A stretch of 64,000 nt of DNA from Eledone cirrhosa (Eukaryota): assembly GCA_964016885.1 (NCBI GenBank), contig OZ024740.1:372000001-372064000 (forward strand), written 5' to 3'. A program made the position numbers and the translations under genes. Below the pieces are notes generated by a model that was not told the DNA's origin, searched no databases, and saw only the letters and a list, made by a program, of their open reading frames with translations. Each line of letters starts with the position of its first letter. Position 1 is the first letter of the stretch. Positions 51,719 through 64,000 of the stretch are shown here, piece by piece.

Positions 51719-54700
51719 AGCCTGATCTAGAACGATTCATGCTCCTCTGAACTACCACGTTGTATAAACTCGCGTTATAGTTATAGCCTGATCTAGAACG
51801 ATTCACGCTCCTCTGAACTCCACGTTGTATAAACTCGCGTTATAGTTATAGCCTGATCTAGAACGATTCACGCTCCTCTGAACTACCACGTAGTATAAAC
51901 TCGCGTTATAGTTATAGCCTGATCTAGAACGATTCACGCTCCTCTGAACTCCACGTTGTATAAACTCGCGTTATAGATATAGCCTGATCTAGAACGATTC
52001 ACGCTCCTCTGAACTCCACGTTGTATAAACTCGCGTTATAGCTATAGTTTGATCTAGAACGATTCACGCTCCTCTGAACTCCACGTTGTATAAACTCGCG
52101 TTATAGTTATAATTTGATCTAGAACGATTCATGCTCTTCTGAACTACCACGTTATATAAACTCGCGTTATAGCTATAGTTTGATCTAGAACGATTCATGC
52201 TCCTCTGAACTACCACGTTGTATAAACTCGCGTTATAGTTATAATTTGATCTAGAACGATTCATGCTCCTCTGAACTACCACGTTGTATAAACTCGCGTT
52301 ATAGTTATAATTTGATCTAGAACGATTCATGCTCCTCTGAACTACCACGTTATATAAACTCGCGTTATAGTTATAATTTGATCTAGAATGATTCATGCTC
52401 CTCTGAACTACCACGTTGTATAAACTCGCGTTATAGTTATAATTTGATCTAGAACGATTCATGCTCCTCTGAACTACCACGTTGTATAAACTCGCGTTAT
52501 AGTTATAGTTTGATCTAGAATGATTCATGCTCCTCTGAACTACCACGCTGTATAAACTCGCGTTATAGTTATAATTTGATCTAGAACGATTCATGCTCCT
52601 CTGAACTACCACGTTGTATAAACTCGCGTTATAGTTATAATTTGATCTAGAACGATTCATGCTCCTCTGAACTACCACGTTGTATAAACTCGCGTTATAG
52701 TTATAGTTTGATCTAGAATGATTCATGCTCCTCTGAACTACCACGCTGTATAAACTCGCGTTATAGTTATAATTTGATCTAGAACGATTCATGCTCCTCT
52801 GAACTACCACGCTGTATAAACTCGCGTTATAGTTATAATTTATAATTTGATCTAGAATGATTCATGCTCCTCTGAACTACCACGTTGTATAAACTCGCGT
52901 TATGGTTATAGTTTGATCTAGAATGATTCATGCTCCTCTGAACTACCACGCTGTATAAACTCGCGTTATAGTTATAATTTGATCTAGAATGATTCATGCT
53001 CCTCTGAACTACCACGTTATATAAACTCGCGTTATAGTTATAATTTGATCTAGAATGATTCATGCTCCTCTGAACTACCACGTTGTATAAACTCGCGTTA
53101 TAGTTATAATTTATAATTTGATCTAGAATGATTCATGCTCCTCTGAACTACCACGTTGTATAAACTCGCGTTATAGTTATAATTTGATCTAGAATGATTC
53201 ATGCTCCTCTGAACTACCACGTTATATAAACTCGCGTTATAGTTATAATTTGATCTAGAATGATGCATGCTTCCCTGAACTACCACGCTGTATAAACTCG
53301 CGTTATACTTATAATTTATAATTTGATCTAGAATGATTCATGCTCCTCTGAACTACCACGTTGTATAAACTCGCGTTATAGTTATAATTTGATCTAGAAT
53401 GATTCATGCTCCTCTGAACTACCACGTTATATAAACTCGCGTTATAGTTATAATTTGTTCTAGAATGATTCATGCTCCTCTGAACTACCACGTTATATAA
53501 ACTCGCGTTATAGTTATAATTTGATCTAGAATGATTCATGCTCCTCTGAACTACCACGTTATATAAACTCGCGTTATAGTTATAATTTGATCTACAATGA
53601 TTCATGCTCCTCTGAACTACCACGCTGTATAAACTCGCGTTATAGTTATAATTTATAATTTGATCTAGAATGATTCATGCTCCTCTGAAATACCACGCTG
53701 TATAAACTCGCGTTATAGTTATAATTTATAATTTGATCTAGAATGATTCATGCTCCTCTGAACTACCACGTTGTATAAACTCGCGTTATAGTTATAATTT
53801 GATCTAGAATGATTCATGCTCCTCTGAACTACCACGTTATATAAACTCGCGTTATAGTTATAATTTGATCTAGAATGATTCATGCTCCTCTGAACTACCA
53901 CGTTATATAAACTCGCGTTATAGTTATAATTTGATCTAGAATGATTCATGCTCCTCTGAACTACCACGTTATATAAACTCGCGTTATAGTTATAATTTGA
54001 TCTAGAATGATTCATGCTCCTCTGAACTACCACGCTGTATAAACTCGCGTTATAGTTATAATTTATAATTTGATCTAGAATGATTCATGCTCCTCTGAAC
54101 TACCACGCTGTATAAACTCGCGTTATAGTTATAATTTATAATTTGATCTAGAATGATTCATGCTCCTCTGAACTACCACGTTGTATAAACTCGCGTTATA
54201 GATATAGCCTGATCTAGAACGATTCACGCTCATCTGAACTCCACGTTGTATAAACTCGCGTTATAGCTATAGTTTGATCTAGAACGATTCACGCTCCTCT
54301 GAACTCCACGTTGTATAAACTCGCGTTATAGCTATAGTTAGATCTAGAACGATTCATGCTCCTCTGAACTACCACGTTGTATAAACTCGCGTTATAGTTA
54401 TAATTTGATCTAGAACGATTCATGCTCCTCTGAACTACCACGTTGTATAAACTCGCGTTATAGTTATAATTTGATCTAGAACGATTCATGCTCCTCTGAA
54501 CTACCACGTTATATAAACTCGCGTTATAGTTATAATTTGATCTAGAATGATTCATGCTCCTCTGAACTACCACGCTGTATAAACTCGCGTTATAGTTATA
54601 ATTTATAATTTGATCTAGAATGATTCATGCTCCTCTGAACTACCACGTTGTATAAACTCGCGTTATAATTATAATTTGATCTAGAACGATTCATGCTCCT

Positions 54701-57306
54701 CTGAACTACCACGTTATATAAACTCGCGTTATAGCTATAGTTAGATCTAGAACGATTCATGCTCCTCTGAACTACCACGTTGTATAAACTCGCGTTATAG
54801 TTATAATTTGATCTAGAACGATTCATGCTCCTCTGAACTACCACGTTGTATAAACTCGCGTTATAGTTATAATTTGATCTAGAACGATTCATGCTCCTCT
54901 GAACTACCACGTTATATAAACTCGCGTTATAGTTATAATTTGATCTAGAATGATTCATGCTCCTCTGAACTACCACGCTGTATAAACTCGCGTTATAGTT
55001 ATAATTTATAATTTGATCTAGAATGATTCATGCTCCTCTGAACTACCACGTTGTATAAACTCGCGTTATAATTATAATTTGATCTAGAACGATTCATGCT
55101 CCTCTGAACTACCACGTTGTATAAACTCGCGTTATAGTTATAGTTTGATCTAGAATGATTCATGCTCCTCTGAACTACCACGCTGTATAAACTCGCGTTA
55201 TAGTTATAATTTGATCTAGAATGATTCATGCTCCTCTGAACTACCACGCTGTATAAACTCGCGTTATAGTTATAATTTATAATTTGATCTAGAATGATTC
55301 ATGCTCCTCTGAACTACCACGCTGTATAAACTCGCGTTATAGTTATAATTTATAATTTGATCTAGAATGATTCATGCTCCTCTGAACTACCACGTTGTAT
55401 AAACTCGCGTTATAGATATAGCCTGATCTAGAACAATTCACGCTCCTCTGAACTCCACGTTGTATAAACTCGCGTTATAGCTATAGTTTGATCTAGAACG
55501 ATTCACGCTCCTCTGAACTCCACGTTGTATAAACTCGCGTTATAGTTATAATTTGATCTAGAAAGATTCATGCTCCTCTGAACTACCACGTTATATAAAC
55601 TCGCGTTATAGCTATAGTTTGATCTACAACGATTCATGCTCCTCTGAACTACCACGTTGTATAAACTCGCGTTATAGTTATAATTTGATCTAGAACGATT
55701 CATGTTCCTCTGAACTACCACGTTGTATAAACTCGCGTTATAGTTATAATTTGATCTAGAACGATTCATGCTCCTCTGAACTACCACGTTATATAAACTC
55801 GCGTTATAGTTATAATTTGATCTAGAATGATTCATGCTCCTCTGAACTACCACGCTGTATAAACTCGCGTTATAGTTATAATTTATAATTTGATCTAGAA
55901 TGATTCATGCTCCTCTGAACTACCACGTTGTATAAACTCGCGTTATAGTTATAATTTGATCTAGAACGATTCATGCTCCTCTGAACTACCACGTTGTATA
56001 AACTCGCGTTATAGTTATAGTTTGATCTAGAATGATTCATGCTCCTCTGAACTACCACGCTGTATAAACTCGCGTTATAGTTATAATTTGATCTAGAATG
56101 ATTCATGCTCCTCTGAACTACCACGTTATATAAACTCGCGTTATAGTTATAATTTGATCTAGAATGATTCATGCTCCTCTGAACTACCACGCTGTATAAA
56201 CTCGCGTTATAGTTATAATTTATAATTTGATCTAGAATGATTCATGCTCCTCTGAACTACCACGTTGTATAAACTCGCGTTATAGTTATAATTTGATCTA
56301 GAATGATTCATGCTCCTCTGAACTACCACGTTATATAAACTCGCGTTATAGTTATAATTTCATCTAGAATGATTCATGCTCCTCTGAACTACCACGCTGT
56401 ATAAACTCGCGTTATAGTTATAATTTATAATTTGATCTAGAATGATTCATGCTCCTCTGAACTACCACGCTGTATAAACTCGCGTTATAGTTATAATTTA
56501 TAATTTGATCTAGAATGATTCATGCTCCTCTGAACTACCACGTTGTATAAACTCGCGTTATAGTTATAATTTGATCTAGAATGATTCATGCTCCTCTGAA
56601 CTACCACGTTATATAAACTCGCGTTATAGTTATAATTTGATCTAGAATGATTCATGCTCCTCTGAACTACCACGTTATATAAACTCGCGTTATAGTTATA
56701 ATTTGATCTAGAATGATTCATGCTCCTCTGAACTACCACGTTATATAAACTCGCGTTATAGTTATAATTTGATCTAGAATGATTCATGCTCCTCTGAACT
56801 ACCACGCTGTATAAACTCGCGTTATAGTTATAATTTATAATTTGATCTAGAATGATTCATGCTCCTCTGAACTACCACGCTGTATAAACTCGCGTTATAG
56901 TTATAATTTATAATTTGATCTAGAATGATTCATGCTCCTCTGAACTACCACGTTGTATAAACTCGCGTTATAGTTATAATTTGATCTAGAATGATTCATG
57001 CTCCTCTGAACTACCACGTTGTATAAACTCGCGTTATAGTTATAATTTGATCTAGAATGATTCATGCTCCTCTGAACTACCACGTTGTATAAACTCGCGT
57101 TATAGTTATAATTTGATCTAGAATGATTCATGCTCCTCTGAACTACCACGTTGTATAAACTCGCGTTATAGTTATAATTTGATCTAGAACGATTCATGCT
57201 CCTCTGAACTACCACGTTGTATAAACTCGCGTTATAGTTATAGTTTGATCTAGAATGATTCATGCTCCTCTGAACTACCACGTTGTATAAACTCTCGTTA
57301 TAGTTA
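51719..57306. repeat. Satellite array, 66-bp unit (65- and 73-bp variants), ~80-85 copies
   Basis: Unit tgatctagaa(t/c)gattcatgctcctctgaactaccacg(t/c)t(g/a)tataaactcgcgttatagttataatt, highly homogeneous. Confidence 0.98.
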
Positions 57307-58797
57307 ACCCAATACGAACTTACCCCCCTCTCTTTCCTTCTCTCCCCCTCTCTCTCCATCTCTCTCGCTCATCATCCATTTTGTGCCCCACTTCCAAATT
57401 AAATGTTTCCTCCACATTATGTTTCAGGTTATTGTAACCATCTCGTCTCATAACAGCACCTTCCTAAGAGGAATTAAATTATTGATGTTTGTGGTGAACA
57501 CAACGCAATCTATCAGTTCTGGAAGAAGGTCGAGAAGAATGTTTAGCTACAGAATCTTCATCTCCGCCTATAATCCCGTTTTCGATTTATAATACAAGCT
57601 AATACCTTAGTCTGATAAATTCGTAGTAGTTAATTGTAATGGCCATAATTTGAAATAATCGATTAGGGTAGCCATTATTGTTACTAATCAATTGGGCCAT
57701 GATTTGTCAACTGAGGTAGCCGAATGAAATGATGTCTAAGGTAAACTGAATTTAGAATACCATATTGCATGTTACATGATATTTGAACGTAAATCATATA
57801 ATCCATCACTTCTTAAAATGTAATCGGCTCAATTTTTATATAAGTGAAAAACGTTGATCACGGTTGCAGCTCCTTGCAGAAGATGGAAATGAATATAAAA
57901 GTAAGAAGTAAAGAAATAAAACAGCAACACAACAACAAAACCAAAGCAAATTAAACAACAGCAGCAAAAATAAAATCATTAACTTAAACAAAGGACAAAA
58001 ATATATTTACAGAATGAAATATAATGCAATCAAGAGTTTGCTAATTAATTGTGACTAAATTCAATTAAACATTTTGGCAGTAAGTCACGACAACAATGTT
58101 ACGTTGTTGTCATTCTTTTACAGATATCCATTTATATGTCAGGGCGGCCTTCAAATATAAACAAAACGAATTTTTAGTTATTTTATTACCGATTATATAG
58201 TTTGCTTTCGTTTTATTTTTGTTTCGTATGTGATTTCGAATGCCAAAGAATGTGGTCGGAAATAAATATTTTTATTTTATTTTTCAACACAGGTGATAAT
58301 TGCCTAATAATCACACCATATATCATGCATTCGTCATTAGCTATGGGAGGTGGGGAAAATAGTTGAAAATTGCATGATCCGATGACATTTTTCAAAGCAC
58401 GCAGCGTCTATCGGAGATACTTAATGAAAAGGTCTTGCCATACATGCAAATAAGAGATATTATTTGCTTGAAGAAATAATAATATATAAAAGAGAAAGAA
58501 AAAGTATACACAGACACGAAATACAAAAGAATTAGTCTTCACTGTTGATTGGTGCTTAATGGAAACAATATAAATATTTAAAATATAACATAAATAGTAT
58601 GAAATATCACTTTGTAGATTTGCTTAACTGCAATTTTGTTACAAAACCTAAAGTTTCGTTTTGTAGTATAGAGATCGAATTGATCATATGTAAGATACAT
58701 ATGACAGTCATCAATATTATAGTTAGTTAGGTATATCTCTATTTGATTATGAGTATAATGTGTGAGTACGTGTGTGTGTATCTATCTATCTCTTTTT

Positions 58798-58854
<57 letters not shown>

Positions 58855-58855
<1 letters not shown>

Positions 58856-59402
58856 CTAAGGCGGGTAAAATTCCCGAGATCCATGGACGAGTTCTCTCCA
58901 GCGGTCTCGGTCCCTCATTATCGCTGCCATGTCCTGCGTCTCCAACAGACCAGTGTTTGTCCTTAGGGCATCAACATACGTTAACCTTGGTCTTCCTCTT
59001 CTAGTGTGTCCATGTAGGGGCTCCCAAAGGAGTACTAAGTGCAATGTCAACTCTGGATGTCGGTGAGCATGTCCAGCCAACCTCAGTCTCCTCTGTGTCA
59101 TTTTTGAGCTGACTTTTGGGATGCTCCCATACAGCTCTGAGTTTTTCATCCTCAGTGTATACTGATTAATGCTCAGAGCCATCCTCAGCATTCTCGTGTA
59201 GTACCCATCCACCATCTGAGTGAGTTTCTTGGTCAGTGTCCAAGTCTCAGACCCATACAGCAGCATAGACTCCACTACAGCAATGAAGAGGCGGATTTTC
59301 AGGTCCCTACGAAGGTCCGACTTCCACACCGATCTCAAGCTGTGGCACGCCGCCCAGGCTTTGCTCTTCCTCTCAACCACATCATCTTCCGTATTCCCAA
59401 TT
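58855..59402 (-). mobile_element. RTE-type LINE 3' fragment, non-inverted sibling of 30741-31351
   Basis: KIGNTEDDVVERKSKAW...HGSREFYPP*. Same 3' end, followed by (TA)n. Confidence 0.9.
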
Positions 59403-59526
59403 TTTATATATATATAGTAATAATAATAAATTTGAAGACTAAAATCCAAAGAGGGCTCGGTAAGGATAAATATATATCAAATATAGAAGAACCATAGAGC
59501 AAATATTTATTAAAATAACAGATTAA

Positions 59527-59577
59527 AGTTTAAGCAAAGAATCGCTGCTTTCACCCTTAACGGGATCTTCTGAAACT
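59527..59577 (-). ncRNA. Hammerhead-like motif, CAGAAGA core (family B)
   Basis: Identical to 31618-31668. Confidence 0.68.
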
Positions 59578-60850
59578 AACAAAGTCAATCTGTGAACGCA
59601 GAAGTGGATATTTCAAAAAACGTTGCAACCGAAGGCAGACAGGAAGACGATACTTTGGTTCGTGAAAACGTTCCCTATGCAAATAAGTAATGGTATAAAC
59701 AAAACATATACTTATCTACCACATCAAGACGTAAAATATCCACGTATAGATCGTACTATCCGTTAGGGTATAACGTGGGGCTGTAATACATAAGTAAGCA
59801 TTCCAACCATCCTGCCAGCATAACCAAGAACCTGGTAAGAAATGTTTCGTTGAGGCTTTCCCGTCTATCTACTAACGAGCATATTTTCAACGACCATTCC
59901 ACTTATTACAATGAAGCTCTTGCTCAGAGTGGATTTGTCGATAAGGTAGCATATACAGAGTACGAAAATAGACCTAGAAGAAATAGATACCGTCACATTT
60001 GTTGGTATAATCCACCATATAATATGGAGGTGGCCACACCATTAGCTAAGATGTTTCTTTCCCTTATTACGAAGCATTTCCCCCTACACATAAATATAGT
60101 AAAATTTTTAATAGAAATACTATTAAAATTTCTTACTCTACGACTCCTAACCTTGCACATAACATCACAGCTTCAAATTTAGCTAATCTACCTAGCCGTA
60201 GCAACACCTGCAACCCTGTAGTTAGTACTAACTGTAATTGTAGGAATCGGATTGATTGCCCCCTATCCGGGAAATGCCTCTCTAGTAACATTGTCTATAA
60301 ATGTAAGGTTGAAACACCCACGTCCCGTAGGGCCTACATAGGGTTAACCGCCAATAGCTTCAAGCAGCGTCTTTACATGCATACCCATTCTTTTCGTTAC
60401 CCTGTAAGAAGGAATATGACGTCACTTTCAGCTTATATCTGGAGTCTAAAAGACAACCACACCCAATATAAGTTACACTGGGAGATCCTAGCTAGGGCTA
60501 GATCGTATAACGGAAATAAAAGCCCATGTGACCTCTGCGCCGCTGAGGCCCTGGAAATACTCTACGCCACAGACCACATCTTAAACAAAAATCTGAGGCA
60601 ATTTCGGCTTGTAAACATAAATTGCACAAAACTTTCCTGTATTACAGCCCCACGTTATACCCTAACGGATAGTACGATCTATACGTGGATATTTTACGTC
60701 TTGATGTGGTAGCTAAGTATATGTTTTGTTTATACCATTACTTATGTGCATAGGGAACGTTTCCACGAACCAAAGTATCGTCTTCCTGTCTTCCTCCGGT
60801 TCCAACTTTTTTTGAAATATCCACTTCTGCGTTTACAGATTGACTTTGTA

Positions 60851-60901
60851 AGTTTCAGAAGATCCCGTTAAGGGTGAAAACAGCGATTCTGTGCTTAAAC
60901 T
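60851..60901 (+). ncRNA. Hammerhead-like motif, CAGAAGA core (family B)
   Basis: agttt-CAGAAGA-tcccgttaagggt-GAAA-acagcgattctgtgc-TT-aaact. Confidence 0.6.
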
Positions 60902-60929
60902 TTAATCTGTTATTTTAATAAATATATAT

Positions 60930-60988
<59 letters not shown>

Positions 60989-60989
60989 C

Positions 60990-61127
<138 letters not shown>

Positions 61128-61128
61128 G

Positions 61129-62224
<1,096 letters not shown>

Positions 62225-64000
62225 CTAGCAGGGGCAGTTGGCGTTGCCAAGGGATGAATTTGAATCAGTGCTTGGTTAAAATGTTTTTCAGAGAACTTAA
62301 TATTAATATCTGGGTTTGCTTGTTGAACTGCCATGTCCTCACGATGTTTCATCCAAAGCTGTAGGGGACTGCCAAGTTGACACACGTTCAGCATAATTGC
62401 AAAAATGTTACGGAGTTTCCTTGGAAAATCTAACACTGATGCTTCAGTCAATGCAAGGACCCATTGTTCATAATTTTCTAAAAAAAACATTTTAATAGCA
62501 TGATTCCCTATAATTTTCACACACATGACTATTCACCCTCAAATCTTGGAATGATTTGGGACCACGTACTTCATGCTACGTAGTAGCATTCTGCTTGAAT
62601 TAGATGGGCACTGTAAACTCTTGCGTCAGTCTCACGTTTTCTCTTGTGCCATTTATTGTTTCTCCAGGTGTAATACATGGGTAATTCTAGGTAAAGGAGT
62701 TTTCTTGCATCTTCATCTTGACACAACTTTAAAAAAGCAGTAAAGGTAGCTTATTTTGGAGAAAGTGCTTGTTGCGAGGCTGTTTGTTTTGTAAACATAA
62801 CCATTTGGCAATTCTCTAGATGGACACTCAGATGAATGATAGCTGGGTGCCTCTCATGAAAGAGAAAATTGAAGATGTGCCACAAAGCCTCATTGCGACT
62901 GATGTATCTACCTCTCTCATACTGTGCAACTTCGTCGTTTTTATTTATCTGCTGACTGCCATTCTACATAAGAGTGTATGTTGCAGCATCTAAACCTTTG
63001 TTTATATATTTGCAAACATACTTAATACTCTTAATCAGAGTTGCAGAATTCAACATTGATATGGGCTTTGAAAGTTTTTGTAAGAAGAGGATAGTAGGGT
63101 GCAACCCATCGATTGTCAATGATGAATTCTTGCCTATTTCTCAATTTCGTTTTCGGAGTGAATCGACCATGCCCAGGTGTTCTTCTCATGTAAAGGGGGT
63201 AGCCACCTTCTCCAGTTTCGTGTTTTAGTACAGAGGGACGCGGGTAGTTCTTAGTAAACTTATTATCCCTCATGCATGGGGAGGATGGATTAATTGAATC
63301 ACAGGGCCCATAAATCATCTGGGACTTGACAATTTCATGCAACAAAGGATCTTGCTGTGGATCAGGCAGTTCAGCTGAGATAAATAAATCAATATCAAAG
63401 ATTTTCATGTAACCAAATAAAAATGTGGGCATGTGGCAATCTCTTTTTTAAGAGATCCATCAGCTTTATGACTTTAAGTCTGAACACCCTAGCTATAATA
63501 TTTGAGTTCTTCATGATAAAGCTCACTCTTTATTTTATGCCATGCTGGGTTACATGTGAATGCAATGAAGAGAGGTCTGGATGACCATAGTGTCTGACAT
63601 ATGTAAGTGCATCTTGGGTACGCTCATGCATATACCGTGGACTTTCTGTAAAGCTTGATGGAAGAATGACAAAAAGCTATCCTATGTTATTAGCAGCCAA
63701 TGCTCCTTCATTACTGTTTGCATCTCTCAGGTAAATGCACGGAGATCTTTCTAATGTGTTCTAATGTAAAGAAGCCTTTCTCCTTCAATCCTTGCATACA
63801 TATCAACTGCAAATTGCTGGAAGAGCTCACGTGAATGATGAAGAATATTGAAGTCTTGCTCTCTTAATATGAAAAGGTAAGCATAGAATCCCATGCAGCT
63901 TACTGTCTTTGTCAGTGCAGGAGCTGTTCTTTTAAGATCTGTTTGTTTGGTACGAAAGTGATATCCATCTTGGCCAAATACATAGACTAATGGATACTGG
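62225..64000 (-). mobile_element. Decayed Helitron: Rep-domain remnants joined to the 3' terminus; runs off the window
   Basis: RLPHAH (HUH, ~63425-63445); ISAELPDP..MIYGPC..SPCM..GYPLYMRR..DNRWVAPY..AHINVE.C..KYVCKYINKG. 3' end ttggc-aac-gccaa hairpin ~10 nt before CTAG followed by T. Confidence 0.9.

Larger units (their letters stand above)
59415..60916 (+). mobile_element. Second family B PLE copy, 5'-truncated with inverted arm
   Basis: 59415-59790 (-) 3'/pLTR arm. 59791-60916 (+) thumb/GIY-YIG remnant plus 3' region. Both arms lack ~750 bp present in the 31506 copy. Confidence 0.9.

Noticed and set aside
51719-57306. CRISPR-like array
   Set aside because: No unique spacers, no cas genes, eukaryotic context.
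52064-57359. Repetitive 22-aa ORFs (VVVQRSMNHSRSNYNYNASLYN)n as a protein gene
   Set aside because: Product of a 66-bp unit. Frequent 65- and 73-bp variants break the frame, and there is no unique N- or C-terminal coding context or splice evidence.

Overview
AT-rich eukaryotic (animal) intergenic or intronic DNA with no recognisable host exon. The SINE types and extreme (TA)n/(CA)n content suggest a cephalopod such as Octopus (inference). The window is almost entirely microsatellites and mobile elements inserted into (TA)n runs. These are: one intact Penelope-like retroelement (PLE; 819-aa RT + GIY-YIG ORF with direct and inverted pseudo-LTRs), several truncated PLEs forming 0.8-2 kb inverted repeats, an intact DD37D (maT-type) Tc1/mariner transposon, decayed R4/Dong, RTE and CR1 LINEs, tRNA-type SINEs, a 5.6-kb 66-bp satellite and a decayed Helitron. 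The main signal missing from the ORF track is about 20 type-I hammerhead ribozyme (HHR) motifs, read by eye, in roughly ten sequence families. Some have family-fixed non-canonical cores (CCGAAGA, CAGAAGA, CCGAUGA), some have long stem-II inserts, and some sit in ORF-less ~470-520-nt partial-tandem units that resemble retrozymes. Most short ORFs in the track are microsatellite artefacts. All folds and alignments were done by eye, so boundaries may be off by a few bases.
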